NCBI GenBank assembly: GCA_031359215.1
Contig: JANMAA010000235.1
Coordinates: forward strand, 1,589-65,588
Source: Acidobacteriota bacterium
GTDB lineage: Bacteria > Acidobacteriota > Blastocatellia > Pyrinomonadales > Pyrinomonadaceae
Length of the DNA: 64,000 nt
Direction: 5' to 3'
Shown here: positions 55,764-64,000 of the stretch, piece after piece
Layout: every line of letters begins with the position of its first letter
Position numbering within the stretch: the stretch's first letter is position 1
Notes under the pieces: generated by a model
What the model saw: only the letters and a program-made list of their open reading frames with translations
Told to the model about the DNA's origin: nothing
The model's database searches: none
Position numbers and translations under genes: made by a program

Positions 55764-57167
55764 TTAATTCAATAAACTTTTGATGATTTTCTGACGATAA
55801 GAGTTTGCGTCTTTCTTTATATCACTTTCGTTGAGCGTGAGCAAGCGTTTATCGCGCATTACGAGCTTTCCGTTGATAATAACGTGGCGCACGTCTTCCG
55901 CCTTAGTTGCATAAACCAAACTCGAATAAACACTAAAATAAGGCGTTTGATGCAAATTATCAAAATCAACGATGACTAAATCGGCGCGTTTTCCGACTTC
56001 GACCGAGCCGATCAGATTTTCCAGATGCAATGCCCGTGCGCCGCGAATCGTCGCCATTTCAAACACTTGTTCGGCTGATGTAACCTTCGGGTCTTTTGCA
56101 AAAACTTTGTGCAATTTCGCCGCCGTATCCATTTCTTCCCATAAACTCAGATCATTATTTGAAGCCGCACCGTCTGTGCCTAATCCGACCGGCAAATCCA
56201 TTTTTAACATCATCGGAATCGGCGCAACGCCCGCCGCCAACTTCATATTCGACTGCGGATTGTGCGCGATACCGACACCGCGATTTTTCAAAATACCGAG
56301 TTCCGCTTCGTTTGCCTGAATAACGTGCGCGGCGATGACTTTGTTATTTAAAAAACCGATGTTTTCGACATATTCGATCGGGCGAATTCCTTTATAATTT
56401 TTTTGGATAAACTCCGTTTCCGTTTCGGCTTCAGCAAGATGAATAACAATCGGCGCATTGAGTTTATCGGACAATGCGCGTGATGCTTTCAAATGTTCTT
56501 CCGAAACCGTATAAGGCGCGTGCGGCGCAATTGCCGGAACGATCAACGAATTTCCCTGCCATTTTTTGATAAATTTTTCCGTGTAATTCATTGCTTCGTC
56601 CCAAGTTTTATTATCAGGAACAGGAAAATCAATCACAGTTTCGCCAAGAACTCCGCGCACACCGGCTTTTTGTGTTTCGTCGGCGATAGCATCCTCAAAA
56701 TAATACATATCGCAATAAGTCGTCGTGCCGCCGCGAATCATTTCCGCCAATCCGAGCCTTGTGCCGACGCGCACAAAATCTTCGGTTACATTTTTTGCTT
56801 CGGCGGGAAAAATATATTTCGTCAACCATTCCTGCAAATCCAAATCGTCGGCAATCCCGCGAAAAAGCGTCATCGGAATATGCGTATGAGTGTTGATCAA
56901 ACCCGGAATAATAACCTTTCCATCAGCATTGATAGTTTGTTTTGAAGAAAATTGCCGCGCAATTTCGTCTGCCTTGCCCACTGCAACGATCTTATCTTTT
57001 TCAACGGCAACAGCACCGTTTTCGATAATCCGTTTGTTTGCATCCATCGTTACGACAGTTCCGCCGCGAATAATTAAATCAACCGATTTTTTTTGGGCAA
57101 AAATCGAATGCGGGACAAATAAAAGAAAGAAACTAAATAGAATTATTAGATTTTTCAATTTTTTCAT
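55764..57167 (-). CDS. Amidohydrolase-family protein (MtaD/chlorohydrolase-like) with a signal peptide
   Basis: GLINTHTHIPM metal-binding HxH, plus downstream H, H and D motifs. N-terminal MKKLKNLIILFSFFLLFVPHSIFAQ. Confidence 0.8.
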   Translation of the reverse strand: MKKLKNLIILFSFFLLFVPHSIFAQKKSVDLIIRGGTVVTMDANKRIIENGAVAVEKDKIVAVGKADEIARQFSSKQTINADGKVIIPGLINTHTHIPMTLFRGIADDLDLQEWLTKYIFPAEAKNVTEDFVRVGTRLGLAEMIRGGTTTYCDMYYFEDAIADETQKAGVRGVLGETVIDFPVPDNKTWDEAMNYTEKFIKKWQGNSLIVPAIAPHAPYTVSEEHLKASRALSDKLNAPIVIHLAEAETETEFIQKNYKGIRPIEYVENIGFLNNKVIAAHVIQANEAELGILKNRGVGIAHNPQSNMKLAAGVAPIPMMLKMDLPVGLGTDGAASNNDLSLWEEMDTAAKLHKVFAKDPKVTSAEQVFEMATIRGARALHLENLIGSVEVGKRADLVIVDFDNLHQTPYFSVYSSLVYATKAEDVRHVIINGKLVMRDKRLLTLNESDIKKDANSYRQKIIKSLLN

Positions 57168-57256
57168 AAACCTATATTTACAAATTTTCTACCTAAAAGA
57201 CAATCAATTAACAAATTCAGCAAATTAGTTTAGAATCTGATTAGGAAGTAAAAGTA

Positions 57257-57880
57257 ATGTCAGCCGTAATCGAAATCCCTACTTTAACGCCATCAACTGA
57301 TGACATTTCAAATGGTCATTATCTAAAACTCCGTCGCTTAACGGTTAAAGAATATGATGCAATGATTCAGAACGGGATTTTTAAAGAGAATGACCAAATC
57401 GAACTACTGAACGGAGTATTAGTTGAAAAAATGCCTAAAGGAACAAAACATTCATCAGCCAATGACCGTGCCACCAAAGTTTTCTATAGAATTCTTGGGG
57501 AAAAAGCGATTATTCGTAATCAAAATCCAATTTGGCTTGACGATTTTTCCGAACCTGAACCTGATATTGTATTAGCCGTGTTTAATGAAAATGATTATGA
57601 GGAAACACATCCAACGCCCGCTGACATTTTATTAATTTTAGAGGTTTCCGACTCAACCTTGAACTATGACCGCAACGCAAAATGCCTGACATACTCAAAG
57701 GCAGGAATTCGTCAATATATTTTGCTTAACGTCCAAGACCGGACAATTGAAGATTACCGCGAACCTAGCGCAGACGGGTTTCAATCAAAACAAACTTATC
57801 GCGCCGGACAAGAATTTAATCTTGTTGCCTTTCCCGAAATTTCTTTTCAAGTGCAAGATTTTTTACCAACAAATTTCTAA
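57257..57880 (+). CDS. Uma2-family (DUF820) endonuclease-fold protein
   Basis: LTVKEYDAMIQNGIF...IELLNGVLVEKMP...PDIVL...LILEVSDS pattern. Confidence 0.75.
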   Translation: MSAVIEIPTLTPSTDDISNGHYLKLRRLTVKEYDAMIQNGIFKENDQIELLNGVLVEKMPKGTKHSSANDRATKVFYRILGEKAIIRNQNPIWLDDFSEPEPDIVLAVFNENDYEETHPTPADILLILEVSDSTLNYDRNAKCLTYSKAGIRQYILLNVQDRTIEDYREPSADGFQSKQTYRAGQEFNLVAFPEISFQVQDFLPTNF

Positions 57881-57893
57881 CACCATTTTGGTA

Positions 57894-58292
57894 TCATTTC
57901 AAAAATTTCGTATCAAAAGCACGCGGAAGAAGTTCGCTCATTTGCAAGGTTTCGGTTTTGCCGTACAGGTTTGCAAAGATAACCGGAACATCGCCGCAGA
58001 ATTCCCAGATTATCTGGCGGCAGACTCCGCACGGCGGCGTTAATTCTTCGGTGTCGGCGACGACGGCGATATTTTGAAATTCTGTTTCGCCCTCGGAAAC
58101 GGCTTTCCAAATCGCCACTCTTTCGGCACACACGGTCAAACCGTAGCTTGCCGATTCGACGTTGCAACCCGTATAAACTTTCCCGCTTTTGGTTCGTAAT
58201 GCCGCGCCGACTTTGAAATTTGAAAAAGGCGCGTAGGCTTTTTCACGCACATCTTTGGCGGATTTTACTAACTCTTTCAGTTCTTTATTCAT
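57894..58292 (-). CDS. cdd: Cytidine deaminase
   Basis: CAERVAI and PCGVCRQ zinc motifs in a 132-aa protein. Confidence 0.92.
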   Translation of the reverse strand: MNKELKELVKSAKDVREKAYAPFSNFKVGAALRTKSGKVYTGCNVESASYGLTVCAERVAIWKAVSEGETEFQNIAVVADTEELTPPCGVCRQIIWEFCGDVPVIFANLYGKTETLQMSELLPRAFDTKFLK

Positions 58293-58923
58293 TATTATAA
58301 CCTGCGCTTACAATTTCGTTTCGCAGTTTTTCGCGCACCAAACCGCATAACATTTCAATTCCGACGTGCGGTTGTCCGCCTTCGGGAATGATAATGTCGG
58401 CGTGGCGTTTTGAGGGTTCGACAAAATCGAAGTGCATCGGGCGAACCGTCGCAAAGTATTGTTTAATAACCGAGTCGGTCGTGCGACCGCGCTCGTTAAT
58501 ATCACGCTGCAGACGACGAATAAAACGAATATCATCGGGTGTGTCCACAAAAACCCGGACATCGAGCAAATCACGCACCCGCGATTCGGAAAAGATTAAA
58601 ATCCCTTCGACGATAACGATTGGTTTCGGATCAATATGTTCGGTATTGCTGCTCCGCGTATGAGTCTTAAAATCATATATCGGCATCTCGATTGACTGCC
58701 CGTTTTTCAAACGCTTGATGTGATTCATCAGCATTTCGCTGTCAATCGAATCGGGATGATCGAAATTCGCCTGATGACGTTCATCGAGCGGCATATCCGC
58801 CAAGTTTCGGTAATACGAATCCTGCTCAACCAACACAACATCCGTCAAGCCGATGTCTTGCACGATTTTTCGCGCAATCGTCGTTTTCCCCGAACCTGTT
58901 CCGCCACAAATGCCAATTATCAT
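58285..58923 (-). CDS. udk: Uridine kinase
   Basis: GICGGTGSGKTT P-loop plus QDSYY and NFDHPDS motifs. Overlaps cdd by 8 nt. Confidence 0.92.
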   Translation of the reverse strand: MIIGICGGTGSGKTTIARKIVQDIGLTDVVLVEQDSYYRNLADMPLDERHQANFDHPDSIDSEMLMNHIKRLKNGQSIEMPIYDFKTHTRSSNTEHIDPKPIVIVEGILIFSESRVRDLLDVRVFVDTPDDIRFIRRLQRDINERGRTTDSVIKQYFATVRPMHFDFVEPSKRHADIIIPEGGQPHVGIEMLCGLVREKLRNEIVSAGYNNE

Positions 58924-58957
58924 TGTCGTTTGTTCCTTGTATACGCTTCAAACTTAT

Positions 58958-59830
58958 TTAATTCAACTTTGGTATAATTCTCTTCAATAATTCTTTTAAA
59001 ACTGCCGCAACTTTCGCCCCGGTTTCCATAACTTCTTCGTGATTTATGGTTTCGTCGGAAATGCCTGCCGCGAGATTTGTGATACAGGAAATTCCCAAAA
59101 CTTTAATCCCTAAGTGTCGTGCCGCAAGTGCTTCGGGAACGGTTGACATTCCAACCGCGTCCGCGCCGAGAAGCCGCAACATCCGAATTTCGGAAGGCGT
59201 TTCGTAAGTCGGACCTGATAATCCGCAATAAACGCCGCGCCGCAAAATCCGATGTGTTTCCTGTTTCTTTCCCGTTCGCAACTCGTCGGCTTCGGCTTTT
59301 TCGATTGCCATTTCTTTCGCCACCGAAATCGCCACATCTTGATAACGGAGCGAATAAACTTCCGTCATATCGGGAAAACGCACACCGAATCTTTCATCGT
59401 TTGCGCCGCGCAGAGGATTAACGCCCATCAAATTGATATGGTCGCGGATGAGCATCAAAGTTCCCTGCTTAAAATCCGTGTCCACGCTTCCCGCCGCGTT
59501 GGTCAGAATTAGACTCTTCACGCCTAAAACGCCGAAAACACGCACCGGAAAAATAACCTGCGCCATCTCGTAACCTTCATAAAAGTGAAAACGCCCTTGC
59601 TGAACCGCGACGGAAACGCCCGCGATCTCGCCTAAAATAAGTTGTCCGGCGTGTCCTTCGACGGTTGATCTTTGGAAATGCGGAATTTCGGCGTATGGAA
59701 TAACGACTTTGTTTTCGACATCATCGGCAAACGCACCGAGTCCGCTACCCAAAACGAGTGCGACTTTTACATCCGGCGCGTATCTGGATTTAATAAATTC
59801 AGCGGTTTCTTTAGCTTTTTCGTAACTCAT
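58958..59830 (-). CDS. Purine nucleoside phosphorylase (trimeric PNP family)
   Basis: LGSGLG...GHAG...GRFHFYEG...NAAG...GPTYETPAE-like...GADAVGMSTVPE motifs. Confidence 0.9.
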   Translation of the reverse strand: MSYEKAKETAEFIKSRYAPDVKVALVLGSGLGAFADDVENKVVIPYAEIPHFQRSTVEGHAGQLILGEIAGVSVAVQQGRFHFYEGYEMAQVIFPVRVFGVLGVKSLILTNAAGSVDTDFKQGTLMLIRDHINLMGVNPLRGANDERFGVRFPDMTEVYSLRYQDVAISVAKEMAIEKAEADELRTGKKQETHRILRRGVYCGLSGPTYETPSEIRMLRLLGADAVGMSTVPEALAARHLGIKVLGISCITNLAAGISDETINHEEVMETGAKVAAVLKELLKRIIPKLN

Positions 59831-60055
59831 TGGTATTTATTTTTAACACAAAGGCGTGAAAGATAAAATCACATTCTGCCGAATTGAGCAGAAATTAGTA
59901 CAAATTAAACTTTAAGATATTCTGATTTGAAGACGGAAAGCTGGAAAAAAATGCTGAATTCACTGATTCAGATCGGGAAAAAAAACGGCTCGAGTTAAAT
60001 CAAGCCGTGATAAAGAATTTAATATTTAACCAATCTAATGGTTCGCAGATTTTAA

Positions 60056-60583
60056 TTACTTACTTGTTTCTTGCAACGCAAGGCTTTCCTTGGGCGATGC
60101 AAATTTCCATTCGCCATTTTCTTTGACAAAGGCAATCGGTGTCCAATTTCCCAAACTTCCGCCTCTTATTTCAGCAACAGCGGTGTCGCCTGTGATTTTT
60201 TCGTTGCGAACTTCGCGCTTTACTTCAACCGGGGCGGCATCGTCTTCCAAAATTGCCAAAAGCGTCGGCAGGTCTTCACTTTTTTCTTCCATCCAGTATT
60301 TTATCGCCGATTGTGAAAGAACCTTTTTCACGCCGGCTTCATCTTTTTTGAGCAAAGCAGAGTAATATGCTTCAACGACCGGTGTAAATGTCGGGGCGTT
60401 ATTGGTTGTTGCAGTTTCGGGTTTTTTGGTTGTTGACAATGGATCGGTAGTGTTAGTTACGGTTACATTTGCGGTCGTATTTGCTGTATTGGTTACATTT
60501 GTGGTGTCAGACGATTTCGCGCAACTGCTCAAAAAAATAGTCAAAATAAAAACTATCGTAAAAAATGTAATGTTCAAACGCAT
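60056..60583 (-). CDS. Hypothetical lipoprotein
   Basis: ATG 60583 with a GGAGA RBS. Lipobox FLSSC and a T/N-rich linker. Confidence 0.6.
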   Translation of the reverse strand: MRLNITFFTIVFILTIFLSSCAKSSDTTNVTNTANTTANVTVTNTTDPLSTTKKPETATTNNAPTFTPVVEAYYSALLKKDEAGVKKVLSQSAIKYWMEEKSEDLPTLLAILEDDAAPVEVKREVRNEKITGDTAVAEIRGGSLGNWTPIAFVKENGEWKFASPKESLALQETSK

Positions 60584-60666
60584 TATTGTCTCCTGAATTG
60601 TTAAAATTTTATAATTTAAATTATCTGAAAAAGGAAAAAGTATAATACAAAAAAACAAGGAAGCAA

Positions 60667-61200
60667 ATGATAGAAAAGAATTACCAAACTGAACTACGTC
60701 GTGTCTTTTTGATTGAAAACTTGCCCGAACCTTTGACAAGGGCGAGCAGTCATCTACAGATTTTTGATAATTATATCGAAAATACCCGGCTTAGACTGCG
60801 TTCGATTCGCATTCCCGAAATCAAAAAATGGAGTTGGGTTTTGGAACATCGTTTTCCGGCGGACGAAACCGATTTGGCGGTTTGGAAAGTAGCGGAAATG
60901 TTTTTGAATGAAGCCGAATATCAAGTTTTTGAACGGTTCGAAGGCAGGGAAATACGCAAAAATAGATATTTCTACGAACTTGACGGCAAATTACTCGAAC
61001 TCGACGTTTATATCGGCAAACTTTGGGGATTGAATATGGCGAAAGTTGCTTTTGAAACCATCGAAGAGATGCAAAATTTTGAAATTCCGCAGTTTGTCAT
61101 AAGAGAAGTTACGAATAGCAGTTTTTTTATCGGCGAAAATTTGGTTGGAAAAGGTTTTGCCGACGTGCAAGGGGAATTTGGAAAACCTGAAACGCTATAA
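60667..61200 (+). CDS. CYTH-like domain protein (degenerate ExExK)
   Basis: The N-terminal TELRRVFLIENLP aligns with the CYTH EIERKFLV start, but only the first Glu is kept. Size and beta pattern fit the CYTH fold. Confidence 0.55.
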   Translation: MIEKNYQTELRRVFLIENLPEPLTRASSHLQIFDNYIENTRLRLRSIRIPEIKKWSWVLEHRFPADETDLAVWKVAEMFLNEAEYQVFERFEGREIRKNRYFYELDGKLLELDVYIGKLWGLNMAKVAFETIEEMQNFEIPQFVIREVTNSSFFIGENLVGKGFADVQGEFGKPETL

Positions 61201-61210
61201 ACAAAAGAAT

Positions 61211-61286
61211 AATTAACAGGGATGAAGAGGATATACAGAGATAAAAAAATTAATATCCCTTTTCATCCACTTCATCCCTGTTAATT
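61211..61286. terminator. Long imperfect hairpin between convergent genes
   Basis: AATTAACAGGGATGAAGAGGATAT ... ATATCCCTTTTCATCCACTTCATCCCTGTTAATT. The outer 15-bp arm TTAACAGGGATGAAG is perfect. Confidence 0.55.
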
Positions 61287-61296
61287 AAAGTTTTAA

Positions 61297-62592
61297 CTAT
61301 TTTGTGCGCGGAATTACCGGAACATATTTGTCCATTGATTCATTGATTTGCAGATAAATCTTTGTTTCACGCGGAATTAAATTTTTCCAATTAGCACCGC
61401 CGCGCTTGATATAACCGGCAAGTTTTGAAGGATTTGAATTATAACCCGCCGACATCAATTCGGCAGGTCTGGCAATTCCGTTTTCAATCGCGCTTGAAAT
61501 CGTTTCACTGCCGGTTAATTCATCCCAGGTCATCTGCATATACAACAGCATCGCTTGGGCGGCATTGATGTGGTTTCGCATTCCTTCGACAAAATCCGGC
61601 ATCAAATTGACGTTATAATAGCGTGAGCGAATCAAACGATAGGTCGAGGGAATCATCTGCACCATTCCTCCTGCGCCTGCCGAACTGACCGAATAACGAT
61701 AAGTTTGACCTTCATTAAGCGCGTAAAGCGTATAGATGTCATTAAAAATAACCGGATGGTATTCGTTGCGAAAACGCTGATGATCAACGTGTTCAACAAT
61801 TGCCAGACGTTCCGCCATATCAGTAACTTGCGGTGAAATATAAACACTTTTTTTGCGTAGATTTTCCCGCGCCGCATCAATTACATTCCGCAAATAAATT
61901 TTACCGGCATTGACAACTTCCGGCGTTCCGATGCCCGGATGCGTCGAAATATAATATGCCATTTCGTAAAATCTGCCGTCGCGCTCAACCGGATATTGCA
62001 CAATTAAGGGTAAATGAGCCTTGTTATCATCATCGATCACCATTACGGGCGTATTTACACCATTGCCGCGAATAGTCCGAACCGTAACAAATTTTCCGTC
62101 GGTCGTTGTCGTTCTAATGTCCGAAGTCTTTAAGAGAAAAGATTCTTTTGTCATCACGATATAATCGATTCGTGCCGTTTTATAATCATAAAACGCTATC
62201 CGAACGACATCCGTTATCAAGGAACTGTCAGTCAAAGCGGTTGGAATCGGGCGACCTTGCATTTGCCGTTTGGCTTCTTCGATTTTGCTTTTTATCTGCT
62301 TCAAACTCAGCGGTTTGTAAAAAGTCGGTGAAACTGAAACAGGTGTCGGAATGATCGAAGACTCGATCGGTGTCGGGGTTGCTGTTGAAGTCGGAGTCGG
62401 AATTGGAGTAATCAAAGGCTTTACGGTTATAGGTTTTGGAGTTGGTGTCGGTGTCGAAGTTGGCACAGGAGTTGAACTGGAAACAACGACGCGCGGTCTT
62501 TCGGTAATTGGAGTCGGGTTTTTTTCCTGTGAAACGATTGAACTCACCGAGCAAATAATGACAATGAATCCGATTAAAATGTTTGATTTCAT
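61297..62592 (-). CDS. Secreted SLT-domain lytic transglycosylase with a P/T-rich linker
   Basis: ATG 62592 (MKSNILIGFIVIICSVSS). TPTPTP linker. C-terminal GAGGMVQMIPSTY ... AGYNSNP. Confidence 0.7.
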   Translation of the reverse strand: MKSNILIGFIVIICSVSSIVSQEKNPTPITERPRVVVSSSTPVPTSTPTPTPKPITVKPLITPIPTPTSTATPTPIESSIIPTPVSVSPTFYKPLSLKQIKSKIEEAKRQMQGRPIPTALTDSSLITDVVRIAFYDYKTARIDYIVMTKESFLLKTSDIRTTTTDGKFVTVRTIRGNGVNTPVMVIDDDNKAHLPLIVQYPVERDGRFYEMAYYISTHPGIGTPEVVNAGKIYLRNVIDAARENLRKKSVYISPQVTDMAERLAIVEHVDHQRFRNEYHPVIFNDIYTLYALNEGQTYRYSVSSAGAGGMVQMIPSTYRLIRSRYYNVNLMPDFVEGMRNHINAAQAMLLYMQMTWDELTGSETISSAIENGIARPAELMSAGYNSNPSKLAGYIKRGGANWKNLIPRETKIYLQINESMDKYVPVIPRTK

Positions 62593-62820
62593 AATGCTGC
62601 TTTTGGGAGATATGATAATTTTTGAGCAAGAACTCCTGAATCTCGGCGAAAAACGCGTGTTATGAAAACACGCACTTATAAAGATTCGCTTATTATTCAA
62701 AAGGTTGTCAAATCTTCAGAGAATAATTTATGGATTCAACAAATTTTAGTTATGGATGATTCGATTTGTTGTTACGGCGGGTTTTGCGGTATAACTAAAA
62801 TTTCATTCTTAGACAATTTT

Positions 62821-64000
62821 ATGAAAAAACTTTTTGGAACTGATGGAATACGAGCCGAAGCCGGTGAGTTTCCGCTTAACGAAAAAACAATTGAAACTAT
62901 CGGTGCTTCTTTAGCGCGGCAATTTGGTGAGAAACTCGGCAGACAACCCCGATTTATTACGGGACGGGACACACGGGAATCTGGAGAATGGATTGAAAAT
63001 TCTTTTAGTCGCGGTGCGGTTTCGGTTGGCGCAAATTGCGAATCAGCCGGAATAATCACTACGCCGGGTGTAGCTTTTTTAACTAAAAAATTCGACTTCG
63101 ATGCCGGAATTGTTATCAGTGCGTCGCACAATCCATTTCAGGATAACGGCATCAAAATCTTTTTACCGACGGGCAAAAAAATTGATGCAGCAATTGAACG
63201 TGAAATCGAGAAAGATATTTTTGAGAGTCGGGATAAGCACGAGGCAAGAAGTAAGTCGGAGGTTAAGTCTGAAAAATCAGGCGATTTTCAGGATGACTAT
63301 TTAAAGTATCTGGCGGACGAATTCAAAAATCTCTCGCTTGAAAATTTCAAAATTGTTATGGACTGCGCCAACGGAGCCGCTTCTCATCTTGCGCCGAAAC
63401 TTTTTCAGAAATTCGGCGCGTGCATTACGGCGATAAATTGTCAGCCTGACGGCAGGAACATAAATGAAAATTGCGGCTCACTTCATCTTGAAAAACTGCA
63501 AGAAAAAGTTTTAGAGAAAAATGCGGATTTCGGTGTAGCATTTGACGGGGATGCAGATCGGTCATTATTTGTGGATGAAAAGGGAAATTTAGTTGATGGC
63601 GACGCGGTTCTTTGGATTATGGCTAATCATCTGCAAAGTCAGGGGAAACTAAACAATCAAACAGTTGTCGCCACCGTTATGAGCAATATCGGTTTAGAAG
63701 TCGCACTTAATAAACAAAACATCAGCCTGTTACGCACAGCCGTTGGCGATAAATACGTTCTGCAGAAAATTATTGAAACAAATTCATCCGTCGGCGGCGA
63801 GCAATCGGGACATATTATTTTCCCGAACCAAAGTTTAGTCGGCGACGGAATGTTCACGGCATTGCGATTGCTGGAGGCATTATCGGAAAACGGTAAATCA
63901 TTATCGAAACTGACTGACGGATTTACCCGATTTCCGCAGGTTTTGGTCAATATCAAAGTCCGCGAAAAAATACCGTTTGAAGAAGTTACGGAAATTGCTG
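62821..64000 (+). CDS. glmM: Phosphoglucosamine mutase GlmM (3' end beyond the window)
   Basis: Not in the ORF track because it has no stop in the window. Hand translation from ATG 62821 gives MKKLFGTDGIRAEAGEFPL...ISASHNPFQDNGIKIF...FDGDADR...GGEQSGH. Confidence 0.92.
   Translation, partial: MKKLFGTDGIRAEAGEFPLNEKTIETIGASLARQFGEKLGRQPRFITGRDTRESGEWIENSFSRGAVSVGANCESAGIITTPGVAFLTKKFDFDAGIVISASHNPFQDNGIKIFLPTGKKIDAAIEREIEKDIFESRDKHEARSKSEVKSEKSGDFQDDYLKYLADEFKNLSLENFKIVMDCANGAASHLAPKLFQKFGACITAINCQPDGRNINENCGSLHLEKLQEKVLEKNADFGVAFDGDADRSLFVDEKGNLVDGDAVLWIMANHLQSQGKLNNQTVVATVMSNIGLEVALNKQNISLLRTAVGDKYVLQKIIETNSSVGGEQSGHIIFPNQSLVGDGMFTALRLLEALSENGKSLSKLTDGFTRFPQVLVNIKVREKIPFEEVTEIA

Noticed and set aside
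62351-62665. Gly/Val-rich ORF (GVGVAVEVGVGIGV).
   Set aside because: It is antisense to the TPTPTP linker of the SLT-domain gene.
1-64000. tRNA, rRNA, tmRNA, RNase P, transposase, integrase, prophage or CRISPR-cas content.
   Set aside because: I scanned all intergenic gaps over about 100 nt by eye and saw no cloverleaf-like GTTCGAATC/T-loop contexts, RNase P GAGGAAAGTCC core, IS-type terminal repeats with a transposase ORF, or integrase-like translations. A tRNAscan or Infernal run would be needed to be certain.

Overview
This is a 64 kb chromosomal segment from a Gram-negative-type bacterium, judged from lpxD, a TonB-family protein, PilN/PilO-like genes and sigma-54/NtrC-type regulation. 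The gene content (Uma2 and PIN nucleases, DUF1223, TPR-protease fusions) looks Acidobacteriota-like, but I cannot verify the taxon. I found no rRNA, tRNA, CRISPR array, transposase or integrase by eye.

Most of the window is housekeeping. It holds moaC/moeA, recA, priA, lpxD, a 3'-truncated glmM, meaB plus methylmalonyl-CoA epimerase, a pnp-udk-cdd nucleoside salvage cluster, an ECF sigma/anti-sigma pair, a PAS histidine kinase with a sigma-54 response regulator, an ABC exporter and a CAX antiporter.

The unusual content, in order of interest:
- At 2166..2780, a PqqD/RRE-like domain is fused in frame to a complete internal twin-arginine signal peptide and a 54-aa, 8-Cys peptide. A 158-bp heptamer-containing palindrome lies just upstream. 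Convergent to it is an operon with a eukaryote-like protein arginine methyltransferase (double-E loop retained) and an M50B peptidase. This is my best candidate for an undescribed, RiPP-like or exported Cys-rich peptide system.
- At 7858..8046, nine contiguous, phased 21-bp repeats sit upstream of moeA. They also read as a heptad-repeat micro-ORF.
- A cupin-norZ-truncated globin nitric oxide operon has its qNOR gene broken by a single frameshift.
- Several orphan nuclease-fold genes are present: a PIN-62aa-265aa module, a PD-(D/E)xK gene inserted in the meaB-epimerase operon, a 500-aa protein with a NucS-like C-terminus, and two Uma2 genes.
- A tandem DUF1223 duplication has one copy killed by a nonsense codon next to its CxxC motif.
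- A perfect 18-bp palindrome lies upstream of recA.
- An incomplete, atypical pilN/pilO cluster follows 620 bp of AT-rich non-coding DNA.

All calls come from reading the translations and the DNA by eye. Start codons are approximate (the ORF track uses alternative starts) and no database search was run.
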